A DNA stretch of 63,568 bases, filler included, from Choristocarpus tenellus KU-1152 (taxonomy: Eukaryota > Protista > Phaeophyceae): assembly GCA_964200185.2 (NCBI GenBank). It is 13 parts of 13 records of this genome, joined end to end, with 100 filler letters (N's around TTAATTAATTAA, not from the genome) between each part and the next. Parts side by side here need not be neighbours in the genome. Positions count along the whole stretch, not along the records: positions 50,097 to 52,926 come from CAXNAD020024371.1; positions 53,027 to 57,172 come from CAXNAD020015988.1; positions 57,273 to 60,487 come from CAXNAD020021482.1; positions 60,588 to 63,568 come from CAXNAD020023189.1; 9 more parts are not named here. One strand, written 5' to 3'. Shown piece after piece: positions 52,518-63,568 of the stretch. The notes beneath the pieces were generated by a model. It worked only from the letters and a program-made list of their open reading frames with translations. It ran no database searches and had not been told where the DNA came from. How positions within the stretch are numbered: position 1 is the stretch's first letter; each line of letters opens with the position of its first letter. A program made the position numbers and the translations under genes.

Positions 52518-53284
52518 TTCATCAATTGTTTTCCCAGCAACCTCTTCCATCGCCACCCAGCAATAATAAAAATATTATTCTGCAATACATAGCATCAAAA
52601 TATCCAAAGCTTTTCATCTTCCTGTGTGATATCGTAAAATATGAAAGATATGAAACACGAGCAGTTACCAAGGTGTGTGAAATCAGACAAATATGAAATC
52701 ATACTAAAAAAAAGTACACTTATTATTTTAATTAAAAATATAGCATAGGAATAACCTAGATAAATATTATAAGATTTTCAGAACCCAAGACTTCTTTTTA
52801 AGTGATACGATCAGGAAGTGAAATGGTCATATATCTCAGGTACGGGAAAAAGTACCTTGAGAGGCACCTCAAAGTATATCTGGGGGGGGGGGGGGGGGGC
52901 CGCGGGGGATTTGGGGATGGGAAGGGNNNNNNNNNNNNNNNNNNNNNNNNNNNNNNNNNNNNNNNNNNNNTTAATTAATTAANNNNNNNNNNNNNNNNNN
53001 NNNNNNNNNNNNNNNNNNNNNNNNNNGTCAATTTTGGCTCAAGCTCATCCTCAATGAAAAGCTCCATCCTCAATTTTTGAAATCTGCTGTTCCTTGGTGT
53101 GTGGCTTTGCCCTGTCCTGCAGCATGAAGATGGTGTGTTCTTCCTGCCTACGCATGCGGACCTTGATTGCCAGGATGGCATCCTTGATGATGAGCTTTTT
53201 TTACCTCCCCCCACCCACCGTGACTGGTACAAGTACCTTGGTGCCCTTATGGCAATGTTTGCTGGAGTGCTGAGCGACCTTAGT

Positions 53285-54291
53285 GTTCATGATTGACCAG
53301 ATCCCAATTTTCCCATCAAACCACACTCTATTAGAGAGCTTCCTAGGGCGGGCAACAGCTGCAAGGATCATCGCCTTCGGAATGTAATGCCTATTCTGTG
53401 TCCGTGGGGAATTGGAGGGTCTTGAGTAGGGTGCAGGTACACACCTTGCAAATTTTTGAGGACGTAAAACCACTTCTCATCCACATGCACCTGGTCATAT
53501 ACATTGTCCACTAATACCCCACTTCCCCCCTTCCTGTGCGTGCGGCTGATGAAGAAACCCACTCTGTTGACTTTTTACTGGTCTAAGAGGACTGACTTAA
53601 TCCACCGTCTGACCTTGTTCACCTTCTCATGCTTACACAGATCCCACAATGAGACAACGGAGACCCATACTGTGGCTGCCCATTTGTGGAAGGATGTGCG
53701 GTGTACTGATGGGCCATCCCAAACTTCGAGGATACTTCTACGGTGGCCACATCGCCCCTTGCGACGTTGTAAAAGGTCCATGCATTCACCCCGTGCAATC
53801 TGGCTGTCATACTCAATCAGATGACAAAACACGGTGACTTGGGAAATTCCAAGGGCCTCTGTGATGGCTGCCGCCATCCTCCAAGGCATCTGAGTCTTGT
53901 GCCCTCTTGCCTATAGGCATTGTCCACCACACTGTTCTTTTTCAGGGTGTTTGAGTCTGGACCCTGGACAGACTTCTGGACTGAAGAATTGAGACCGACG
54001 GGAGACAACAGGATCAACGAGCCGTTCGAACGATGGGGGGCTTCATCCTAGACATCCCAATAAACACCGCTTTGACAGTCTGATGAGGTTTCTGAACCTC
54101 GTCAATTGTCACTTGGTCGACTTTGCACTGGTGATCCTCCACAGTCATGACAGCCCACCATCTCAGACTTTGCACGCCTCCCAATCAACATGAGAACTAG
54201 TCCTTATTCAAAGGGTTTACCATGTAGGTCGTTCCTGGGCGAGAATGGAGGTTGCAAAATCTACGTCACACATACTTCCGAACGGAGGAAG
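53285..54291 (-). mobile_element. Degenerate plant/oomycete-type mariner (DD39D, Stowaway-associated) transposase with terminal repeat
   Basis: VHVDEKWFY and KAMILAAVARPR..WFDGKIGIW motifs across frameshifts; minus-strand CTTCCTCCGTTCGGAAG at 54291 resembles the Stowaway/MLE TIR CTCCCTCCGT. Confidence 0.8.
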
Positions 54292-54976
54292 AATGTCATA
54301 TCTCTGGTTTTGTTTTGGTGTCTGATTTTGTGACCCCTTTTCAGGTGACAAACAAACATCTATGTTCAATACTTCACCATTTCTGTTACAGGTTATTTTG
54401 TAAAGAGTGGTAGTGTAGTTAGTAGTAATAGTAGGATTATTTTACATGTTGATAAGAGGTAACTCACAACGTTCAAAATAATAATATGATCGTAATACGA
54501 GTGGTTTCGTTTTTCAGTTATATATCCATTGACGTTTTACACAGGTATACCTTATATTTGCAAATGTGTAGAGTCCCGTTTTCTGTGAGCAGAACCCCCA
54601 AGTCACAGGACGTTTTGACCTGCCTTTGTTCAGCGGCAAGATACCTCCTGTTTGACCGTGAGGGAAGCTAATGGACGACTAATAGAGGAATAACAGAAGT
54701 CTAGACTCTCTTCTCGAAGATCAAGAGTTCCACCTGCCGGACTGTTGCGATCAACTTATACTCGGCATGTGTCTCAACTCGTAGTCCTTGGTCACCTCGT
54801 CTGTGGTGACGGGTAAGGTCAGCTTCGCTGATTGGAAATCATAGTCCTTTGAGAAAATGCCTCCGATGAATTGATCTACTTTGTCACGGGTAGCATAGCT
54901 TTCTGGTCGATGGACAACCCTCAATTTCAATTCCTTAAAATCACCTATCCCACTACCCCTTTGCAGCGGTACGAGT

Positions 54977-57164
54977 ATGGCATGGGGCGATCGTGAGCGA
55001 GACCACCGCCATAACAGCCGAGACCGGGGAAATCAACGCGCTAGGGGCAATGGTGACTGGGGCCCCAAAAGTCGTAGTAGAGAGCGGTGGGAAGAGAGAA
55101 GGGAGAGGAGGGATCGCGACTGGGATGGCCGTGGTGGGATGAGGAGGGACGATCAGGGATGGAAGGGACGAGAGCGGCGTCCTACACCTGAGCGAAGGAA
55201 TGGTCGCAACGACCATGACTCTGACTACTCAAACCCTAGAAGCCCTCAATTTTCCCGCCGTGATGATCGCCGGGAGGATCGAAGGCACAGGTATAACGAC
55301 TACTCAGGCAACGGTCGGGCGGTGGACGGACGGCGAGGAAATAACCGTCACCGGAGGGAGGATAGTAGGTCCCCTGTGGATGAACGGCGGGAAAAGAAGT
55401 CTCCGCATAGATCTTGGAGTAGAGGGGGCGACATGGTGCACCCTAGACAGCATAGGAGGGAGCGTCCTGGCACTCACTCTTACGACGGTAAGGGGAGATC
55501 ACAGTCACGTTCCAACTCAGGCTCACGTCGCAAGGACCACAGTTGGAGCCGAGGTGGCCATGAGAAAGTCATTCGACCACCTCAAGCTAGAGACCGAAGC
55601 GATAGTGGAGACCTGAGAGGACGCTGGCGCTCTTACAGTCGCTCTCCTGCAGGTTATACCAAGAGGAATCAGTCTGGAGGCACAAGACATCTGAGTAATG
55701 AGGGCCCAACATCCATGTCAGCAGACCGAGACGAGGGTGGTGCAGCCTCAAGGACGTCTAGGTGGGAAGTTACGTTCCCTCTTTCTCGTGTAGGTACAGG
55801 GGGGGTGCTACTGCATGCAATGAAACCGCAATATATGGTACGTGTCAGTCTCCCACTTGAGAAACATACCCACAATGACCATCCTTCCCTCTCACATCAC
55901 AGCGTAGGCCCTGCAACATCCAAGACAATAGTTTAAAGAAGTAATAGTTCCCCTTCCCCCCTTTCCCCCGCCTCCCTACCTGATGTTTTCTTTCCCCACC
56001 ATATCTGACATTGGATAGACTTGAATGCTTCATCATTCATACTCTTGAGTTTACTATACTTCAATGACCACTATACCCCCCTGTACTGTTCCCATTTGTG
56101 ACATTAACCTCAGGGAGGGCTATTTACGTGATGCTAATGGTCAGAACGGGCACATCCGAGCGCGGAAGGGGGATGGCAGTGGGAGGGACTTGGAGGGGGG
56201 AAGGCGAAGGGAAAATAGTATCACAAGAGGCGGAAGTTTCAGGAAGGGGAGCTCTGATGGTAATTCCAGCCCACAACAACATGTGATGGTCTCTGAGACT
56301 AGGGAGCAGAGGAAAGAAGCCGATGATGATGAAGGTGTGAATGCAGCAATTAGTGCAGCAAAGTCAGCCAGTGAGATGGATGAACGAGCAGCAGACCTGA
56401 CCACTTGTGGTGAAGACATGGAGGTTACATCGCTGCCCAACAGAAAAGTTGAAGTTGATGCGCATGATGATGAGGCCGCCCCGGTCGAGGTTTACAAGGT
56501 TCCCAACCCTGCTGCTATGTCTCAGGGGAAGCATAGGCGCGAGACCAGTATTGACAAGGGTCTAAGTGTCCATTCCAAGACTAAGAGTGACCCAGAGGTC
56601 GTTGCTAGTGTTGGGGGGAAGAAGATCAAGGGCAAGGTTGTGGGTCAGACCAGCAGCGGAAGGGTTCAACGAGAGGAAAGGTCTGTCGTGGGTGTGGAGA
56701 ACAGGAGCGTCGGAGAAGATGGCAACACCTCTGAAAGGGAGGATTACGACATGGAAATGGATGAGGCATCTTTGACACCATCAGTGAAGCAGGGTACTTC
56801 AGATGAATATTTCAAGAATGAGGAGATTATGGTGCACCCCAAGAAACGGAAGGCCAAGCGGGAGCTGGAGGAAGGCAAGCATGCTCCCGCTGTCGTTCCG
56901 AAAAAGAAGAAGAAGGTCAAGGAGGGAAAACACAGTGAAAGCGCGTTGTTGTCCATCCCAACTTTGCCAAGGTCTTCCGATGAAGAGAGGGAGGCCGTTG
57001 AAGAGGCCCGGGCGCTGAAGAAGGCCAAGGCCAAGAAGCTAAAGTTGGAGGCAAAGCGGAAGGAGGCTGTGAGGTTGGCCCTTGTGGATGCTGAAGCCAA
57101 AGCTAGGAGGAAGAAGACCAAGCTGCGGCAGCACCGAGTCGTCAGCAAGGACAGCGAGAGCAAG
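54977..57164 (+). CDS. RS/RD-rich low-complexity nuclear protein (partial); exon 1 54977-55761, exon 2 56114 to ~57164
   Basis: Long open Arg/Ser/Asp-rich frame from ATG; phase-2 intron ag|gtggga..cag|g; Lys/Glu-rich exon with NLS-like PKKRK and PKKKKK. Confidence 0.7.
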
Positions 57165-57753
57165 GTCTGGGGNNNNNNNNNNNNNNNNNNNNNNNNNNNN
57201 NNNNNNNNNNNNNNNNTTAATTAATTAANNNNNNNNNNNNNNNNNNNNNNNNNNNNNNNNNNNNNNNNNNNNCCCCCTCAGATACTTTGGGTCCTGGTGA
57301 TAAGTTTGAGGGGTGTTCATTGGGAAAGGGTGGTATGACAGGGAAGCTATTTATTTAAGGTCAGGGTTAGGGTTAAAGGCAAGATTTAGGTTGGAGTTAG
57401 GGTTGGGATTAAGAGCAAGGGTAAAGTTTAGGTTTAGTAGAATGAGGGATGGATGAGTAGAGGTGAGGATTTGTGAGTGTTTGACCTATACCATGCAAAA
57501 TAGCAGAAGTCTGCTCTGGTAATATCACCCCACCCACCGTGCTGGTACATGAATCAAGTGTTTTATTTATACAGTTCTCCGCTGATGCTTGTTTTCTTCC
57601 CCTCCCCCCCCCCCTGAAATTGTAAAAAGTAGACTATATCCCATAACCCTAAGTAGCCCTATTCCTAACCAATCCTTGCTCCCCTCAATCTTTGGTCCAA
57701 TAGTCCAACCAACCACGAAACGGAAACGTACTAACCACGCAATATGCAAAAAG

Positions 57754-59672
57754 GGTGAGGGCTTCGAGTTCCCAGCCAACGCAACTTCCTTTTCCTCGAC
57801 GGAGTGTGAGACAGCCTTCGAAGGCTTGAGCAACATAGAGGATGTTGCCTGTACCCGAGGGAGTGTTGACATCAATGGAGGGGCCACGTACACACTTGGT
57901 AAGACAACTTTAACGCTCCAAAGTGTATAAACATTTCATAAGAAAACGATGAGGTTTTGTCGGGGTGGGGGAAGGTTGTACACATGACGAGAACATGATG
58001 AGAACAGCCCTTTTGTCATCGTGTTTTGAGCCAGCAGTTTGCACTCCACCTACATTGAACTGTGTCATTTAGGTATACCTTTTTTTAGCACAACTCCGCT
58101 CGTGGAGAGAGATGGGCAGGTCATGTTACAGTTGGAATCGATGTGAGAAGTTAATGTTAGGGCGGTTTTGTGAGGGCTAGGGCTAAGCGGTATTGAGAGA
58201 TTAATTGGAGTCTTCAGGTAGGTGTTGGGTGCATCGATAAATCCAGGTTGGAAGAGTGCGTGGTGTTCCATGACCTTTCGAGGCTGGAGTGTAGTTGAAG
58301 GTCTTGAAGGCGCATATGTATGTGACGGTTTAGTGCACCTGCTCTCACTCTGCTTGCCCTTGGTGCGTACCACTACAGGACCGAACCTACTGTTTTATGT
58401 ACATCTTGTTGAGGTGATGTTATTCCCTTTCTGTAACATGTTATTGGTCATGTCGGTGTGTTTGAAACAGGAATCCAAGTCTATTTCCACTGTCTCTTCT
58501 AGTTTTGGCTTTGTGCCTAGTTGCTCCACCCGCTCTCAGGAGGTCGAACTGTCAATCCAACTGTGCCCATTGCTAAAACACGCTGTTGCATGAGCCCTTC
58601 CATCCCTAACACTATCCTGAGTGTCCCTTCTTCCCAGGTCTCAACAGTCATTTTTTTTACGGATTATAATTTTAGAGTATTGTCCCGGATAGAGAGGACT
58701 GGCAGAATGACCTTTGGTTAGGGAAAGAGGACTGGCTGACCTCTCCTCGGGTGGATATTAATATTCATTGACTGGGGCCCCATATATATAAGAATATTTA
58801 CTCTATACCTTGCCCAACGTTTTCTTGCCTTACGAACGAGGTTTACTCTTTTCTTGAATGTTTTTTTTTTTACCTTCAAAGTTATAAAAAAAGGTATACC
58901 CAAGGTATACCAGTAGAAGTACAGGTTTGCCTGGTATACGGAGTACATAGAAATTGAATGGGATTTTCTTCTTTTTTGCCGTGCTGTACATGAGCAACCC
59001 CTCCCCGGGTGGTTAATACTACGTAGTATACTCTTACAGTGCCTTTCCCACTATGAATGCCTCCAACGGAAGGAGAACGACCGGATAACAGAATGATCCA
59101 ATCCAAAATCCAACATCTTAAAAAAGTACAAAAAAAACGCAACAAAGTATGCTTGAGAAAAATAAGTGTCCAACCTGGGGCAATAACTCCAATTTCTGTG
59201 ATGACTATCGCTCAGTTAGAAAATCGCCGTTACTCTGTAACCTTCAGCCGTTGCCAGCACCACTGCAGTAGTAGCTTCTACTGCCTTTCACAATTTTTTT
59301 TTTTTCTTCATTCGATCATTTTTGTGCAGCCAAATGACCATCAATCATCATCGGTATTTCACCATGATCACCACTGGCATTGTCAAAAAACCTCCGTCAC
59401 CTCGCCTTTACCACTGCTGCCCATTGCCATCACTAATCTCTACTACACCACTACATTGCTACAATAACCGCTTGGAACATCTACTGCCTTGATGGCTGCC
59501 CTGGGCACGGCCACAGAGCTGTTGTCATTTCCCACATACCCTCACCAGAACAACATATTTCATCACGATGGCTGGCCCACCCTGGACGCGTTTTCCTGCG
59601 ATGCATCCAATGTTACGGGTGCAGACGGTGCCGCCTGTGAGCTAACAGTTCTGCAGGATGATGATCTACAAG
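57754..59672 (+). CDS. Probable stramenopile EGF-type surface protein, internal exons 57754-57898 and 59517-59672
   Basis: Phase-consistent GEGFEFPANA..FEGLSNIEDVACTRGSVDINGGATYTL|ELLSFPTYPHQNNIFHHDGWPTLDAFSCD..; family call is from recollection of similar proteins, no EGF repeat is visible in these exons. Confidence 0.5.
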
Positions 59673-60683
59673 GTTTGGCGTGATGGGATGATTTGCTCTT
59701 TTGTTTCCCTGTTCTCCATGAGTAGCTACTGTGGCCTTGCACAGGTGTGAGGAGTTTTGAGGTGCTGGGGAGGGAAGTTTGAAGAGGCAGAAGAGGCTAG
59801 GGTGTGCTTGTAGTTGTTGCAGCTGGTGGGCGGAGGGCAGGGAAGAGGAGGAGAATGAGCTGTAGCTTGCATGGGAATCACAGCGAGGGGTCTCGAAGGG
59901 GGAAAAAGACTAACTTAGACAATATGTAGCATTGTGTGCAGGGCCTTTAATTGGACTTGGCAAATAAGTAGTCCACTCCACTGGCAGGCCTGGCTCTGAT
60001 AATTTCTAACAAACACATTCATGGTTTAGTTCATGGGCAAGTCTGTTTCTAAGTATTTCGAGTAGGTCTGGTCAAGGTTCATCAGATATTTCTATGACTC
60101 AGTCTGTGGGCTGGCCTCATGAAAGGCACTGGTGGAGTGTGGTTGGGGGGGGGAAGAGATACAGGATGGTGTCCTCTGCTGTGTCGTCTGTGTGAGAAAT
60201 GTGAATATCTTCTTGACTCAGGTACTGCCTTGGAAGTTAAATTCGGTGCTTCCAGATATTAGATACAGTGTTTTGCAGCTGTAGGTAAGTCTGTGATTAG
60301 TCTTTACTCTGCACACAACAAGATCGAATTGCACCCCTTATGATCCTGTCCTGCCAAAATGTTTCATATCCTTGCCCTCTTGACCTCCCGCCCCTCTCCC
60401 CCCCCCCCCGGAAAACAGCGTATTCATTCTGTTTCCCGCTCGGCCTTTTCACCTTTCATACTTGGGCCTTCCCATGCCTTTTCGGTTNNNNNNNNNNNNN
60501 NNNNNNNNNNNNNNNNNNNNNNNNNNNNNNNTTAATTAATTAANNNNNNNNNNNNNNNNNNNNNNNNNNNNNNNNNNNNNNNNNNNNCCCCCCCCAGATA
60601 CTTTGACCCGGAAGGTAAGATGAATTTTGAGAAGAGAAGAGCAAAAACTAACTCTCCTCACAACCTTCCCCATGAACTGATAG

Positions 60684-61793
60684 GTCATTCTTGGATCTAA
60701 TGACATTATTTCGACTCCCTGTCATGGCCAATGGGAGGTCCCTCTCACCCAGAAGCCATCCTCGGAGCTGCAGTCCTCAAGACAGAAGCTGGTTCAAGGT
60801 CATCTAATATTCTCACTTGAAGCAGCAATGAAGGGGAATGGGGTACAAGGCCCCGCCCCTACAACCAACAGTGGCACATTATCTGCTGGTATCGTCAAAC
60901 AGAGTGACTTATGGGGGTTATCGTGTGGGGTAGGGGATCGAAGTGTAAAGATTGGGTATTCAACAGGAGATACCGCAGCAACAGGAAAATTGGGTGGGCA
61001 TGGAGGAGTGGCAAACATTTTGCAAGAAGATACAGAACTTAAACAAGTGGAGAAGTGTGTCAAGGTGTCTGCTCAGACGACTTGGTTGGAGGTGGTTGTG
61101 ACAAGAGCTAGTGGTCTTGCTAAGGCAGATCACTGGGGAAAATTTGACCCCTATGTAGTGCTCATCGTCAACGGCAAGGAGGTAGGGCGGACTCGTGTTC
61201 TGAGCAAGACTCTGGAACCAATTTGGAGTGACCCGGAGGAGATATTTGAGGTCAAGGTGAGTAAGGCATAGTCTGCATAGTTTAGGAAGAGGGACAGGGG
61301 CAGTTTTGATGTTGATAGTGGTGGTGATATTAGTAGAGTTAGATATATAGAGAATGTGAAGGTGATAGGAATCAAGAAAAGAATGGTGGAGGTCTGAGAA
61401 TAAGGATATTCTGTTTGCAGTCATAGTATTCTAGAACGCTTCAAGAAGCTTATTGGGATATGCAACATAGCATTAGCACGAATGAATCCTGATCATTCAA
61501 CAGTAAGAGTGTGGGTATCAATGCAGTAGTGGCTAAGGCACATCTTCAATATCTTGCCATCCTCCCGTTGTCCTCCTGCTTCTCTGTTTGTAAAGGTGAA
61601 CATTCCTGAAGATGATGACCACAAGCACACCAATCATGGTGATGATCACCACTGCGAGAAGGACATGCAAAAAAGCAGGAAACCCGATGGACAAGGGGTC
61701 AACAAACAGGGGTTAGATGATGGCCAGGGGCAGACTCTCATCCTGGAAGTGTGGGACCACAACAAACTTAGGCACGGGTCATTCCTGGGGCAG
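60684..61793 (+). CDS. Multi-C2-domain protein (partial); exons 60684-61256 and 61596-61793
   Basis: LEVVVTRASGLAKADHWGKFDPYVVL..GRTRVLSKTLEPIW..|..LILEVWDHNKLRHGSFLGQ is a canonical C2 domain; exon 1 starts with the tail of a previous C2 (VQGHL). Confidence 0.85.
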
Positions 61794-61818
61794 GCAAGTT
61801 ATTTGAGGTGCTGGTAGT

Positions 61819-62068
61819 GACCGAAAGCATTAAAGAGGGTAGGAGTTTGCCCTGCTTGTTCGTTCAGGGCTTGGCTTCCCATGGGTTTTTTATGCCCTTT
61901 TTCGGTTTTCTGTAAAAACACAGTCGCCTAGAATGCATACAACTATGAAAGGTATGTCAAGGATATTGACACTTGCTAACAAACGCTATAGTCAAAATTA
62001 ATCGAAATCGCAACATTGAATATTGGACCCCAAACTGACTAGCCCTACCCTCTTAAATGCTTTGACTC
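61819..62068. mobile_element. MITE subfamily C copy (AGT/AGT)
   Basis: GACCGAAAGCATTAAAGAGGGTAG...CTACCCTCTTAAATGCTTTGACTC. Confidence 0.85.
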
Positions 62069-62294
62069 AGTGGTCACTAATGTGGAACTCACACTCACGG
62101 CCAACTATCACTAAAATTTCCCTGCAGTTGTCAAGAAACACAGTTGTACATTGATCAAAATGGTTGTATCAGTTCATCCACAATTTCAAAGTCAAAATTG
62201 TTTGGTCACCAGGGGTTCACCAAACGAACTTCTTATTTCTTGCCATGATCAAACTCTTTTCTCATTTTCCTTTCTTTGTAGCCCTGCTGAATTT

Positions 62295-62553
62295 GAGTCA
62301 AATTATCTTAGAGGGTAGAGGCGCGTCCATTTGGGAGGCAAAATCCGATGTTGCGATTTTGATGTAATTTTGATTATCGTGTTAGTTAGGGAGTGTCAAT
62401 ATCCATGTTCTGGACACACCTTTTCATAACGTATACATTTTGCCTACTCGAAAACGTTTTGGAGTAGGTAAATGTTATAAAAAAACCCATGGGAAGCCAA
62501 GCCCCAAATGGACAATCAGGGGAAAACTCGTACCCTCTAAGATACTTCCACTC
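62295..62553. mobile_element. MITE family A copy (TTT/TTT), reverse orientation
   Basis: GAGTCAAATTATCTTAGAGGGTA...TACCCTCTAAGATACTTCCACTC. Confidence 0.9.
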
Positions 62554-63442
62554 TTTGTTTTGCAATACGCTATGAGTACATTGATAGGCAATACCAATGT
62601 CCCTAGACTGTAAGAAAGCACTGGCGTGGACTAGAGTTTTAAGGACTGCTTGGACTGCTGTACATGATGGAAGCACATCTGAGAGTGAGGGCCGAAGACC
62701 CTAAATCAGGCTTGAGGGTATGCAGTCCCTACGAGTCTCAGACTTTGTAGCTAGATGAGGAGTGTTCTAGACTTTTCTATCTCATGTGATTAGAAGCTTA
62801 CCTCTCTAGAAGTTGCACATTTCATTTGTTTCATCATCTAGCTTCGCATTTTCAGCTTTCTATCAACTATCACAATGTTTGCTGTTACTCTCAATTTCTG
62901 TCCCTAAGACAATAACATGGAATTTATCAACAAACATATGCTATTTCATGCAATCACAATCATAAGCAGCACTCATGACTACCAGGCAGCTCTCAGAAAC
63001 TCAGCCAAGCTGAAACTGAAAATTGAAGTTGTGTCAGTCAATTTCGCTCAGATGGCCAATCAACACTCATACTGTGTCAAGTGAAACAAAAACATCATTA
63101 TCAACACTGCTGGCTGCATAAGGAATGCAACTTTACTACTGCCCTCCTCTCCATTCTTCATACATCTAAAGTACACCACACACTCTGGCCTGGTGAAGAC
63201 ATAACGGTACAAGACATTTCTATCCGCGTCTGCCATTCAATTTCTATGCCTTAAGCAGGGAGTGACTTCATTTTCTGTACATGTTGCACCATACTGATGT
63301 TGAACTATTTCCCCCTATTTTTCCGAGACCTCACTTGGTCTTCTATCTACCTCTTTCAGGTGTGGGCCTTCTTTCAATTCTAGGCCTGTCATTGCTGTTA
63401 GTGAAGGCAGTAGGATGATGTAATCCTCGCCCTACCCCTGGG

Positions 63443-63568
63443 GTCAAAGTATCTTCAGGGGGGGGGTGGTTTGTGTCCGTGGTTTTGGCGTCCGTTTCGG
63501 TCAAACCACGTTATTTTTTGCTAACATTTCAAATCCGACGCGTGCGACCAAATCACACCAAAAAAGTG
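63443..63568. mobile_element. Further MITE variant (same terminus, different body), truncated by window end
   Basis: GGGTCAAAGTATCTTCAGGGGGGGGG followed by a novel CpG-rich interior. Confidence 0.55.

Noticed and set aside
29706-60609. Contig ends enriched for G/C tracts as fragile sites
   Set aside because: Explained by short-read assembly breaking at MITE B homopolymers.

Overview
This window is eukaryotic nuclear DNA and is not one locus. It is 13 small contigs joined by 12 artificial ~100-bp spacers (N44-TTAATTAATTAA-N44, stops in all six frames), so nothing can be inferred across a spacer. Intron-rich genes, TTAGGG repeats, an axonemal dynein, a Zn2Cys6 factor, a PPR exon and a giant CD36-like protein suggest a stramenopile, probably a brown alga or close relative (inference). 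Spliced gene fragments reconstructed by hand from exon phase: an EHD-like ATPase, a factor with two Zn2Cys6 clusters, a ~20-exon CD36/SCARB-like gene with one in-frame TGA, the 3' end of an inner-arm dynein heavy chain, a PPR protein, an RS/RD-rich protein, a C2-domain protein, a probable EGF-type surface protein and coiled-coil exons. Mobile DNA: degenerate Ty1/copia, CRE-like non-LTR, pogo and DD39D-type mariner remnants, plus about 25 full or partial copies of a MITE system with shared GA(G/C)NNAAAGTATCT termini and non-specific 3-bp (sometimes 4-bp) target duplications. The most notable signals are this unclassified MITE system, an apparent excess of GC-AG introns (6 of ~45 donors), CpG decay with CpG-rich gene starts, and the single internal TGA in an otherwise intact gene. 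All calls are by eye, without database searches.
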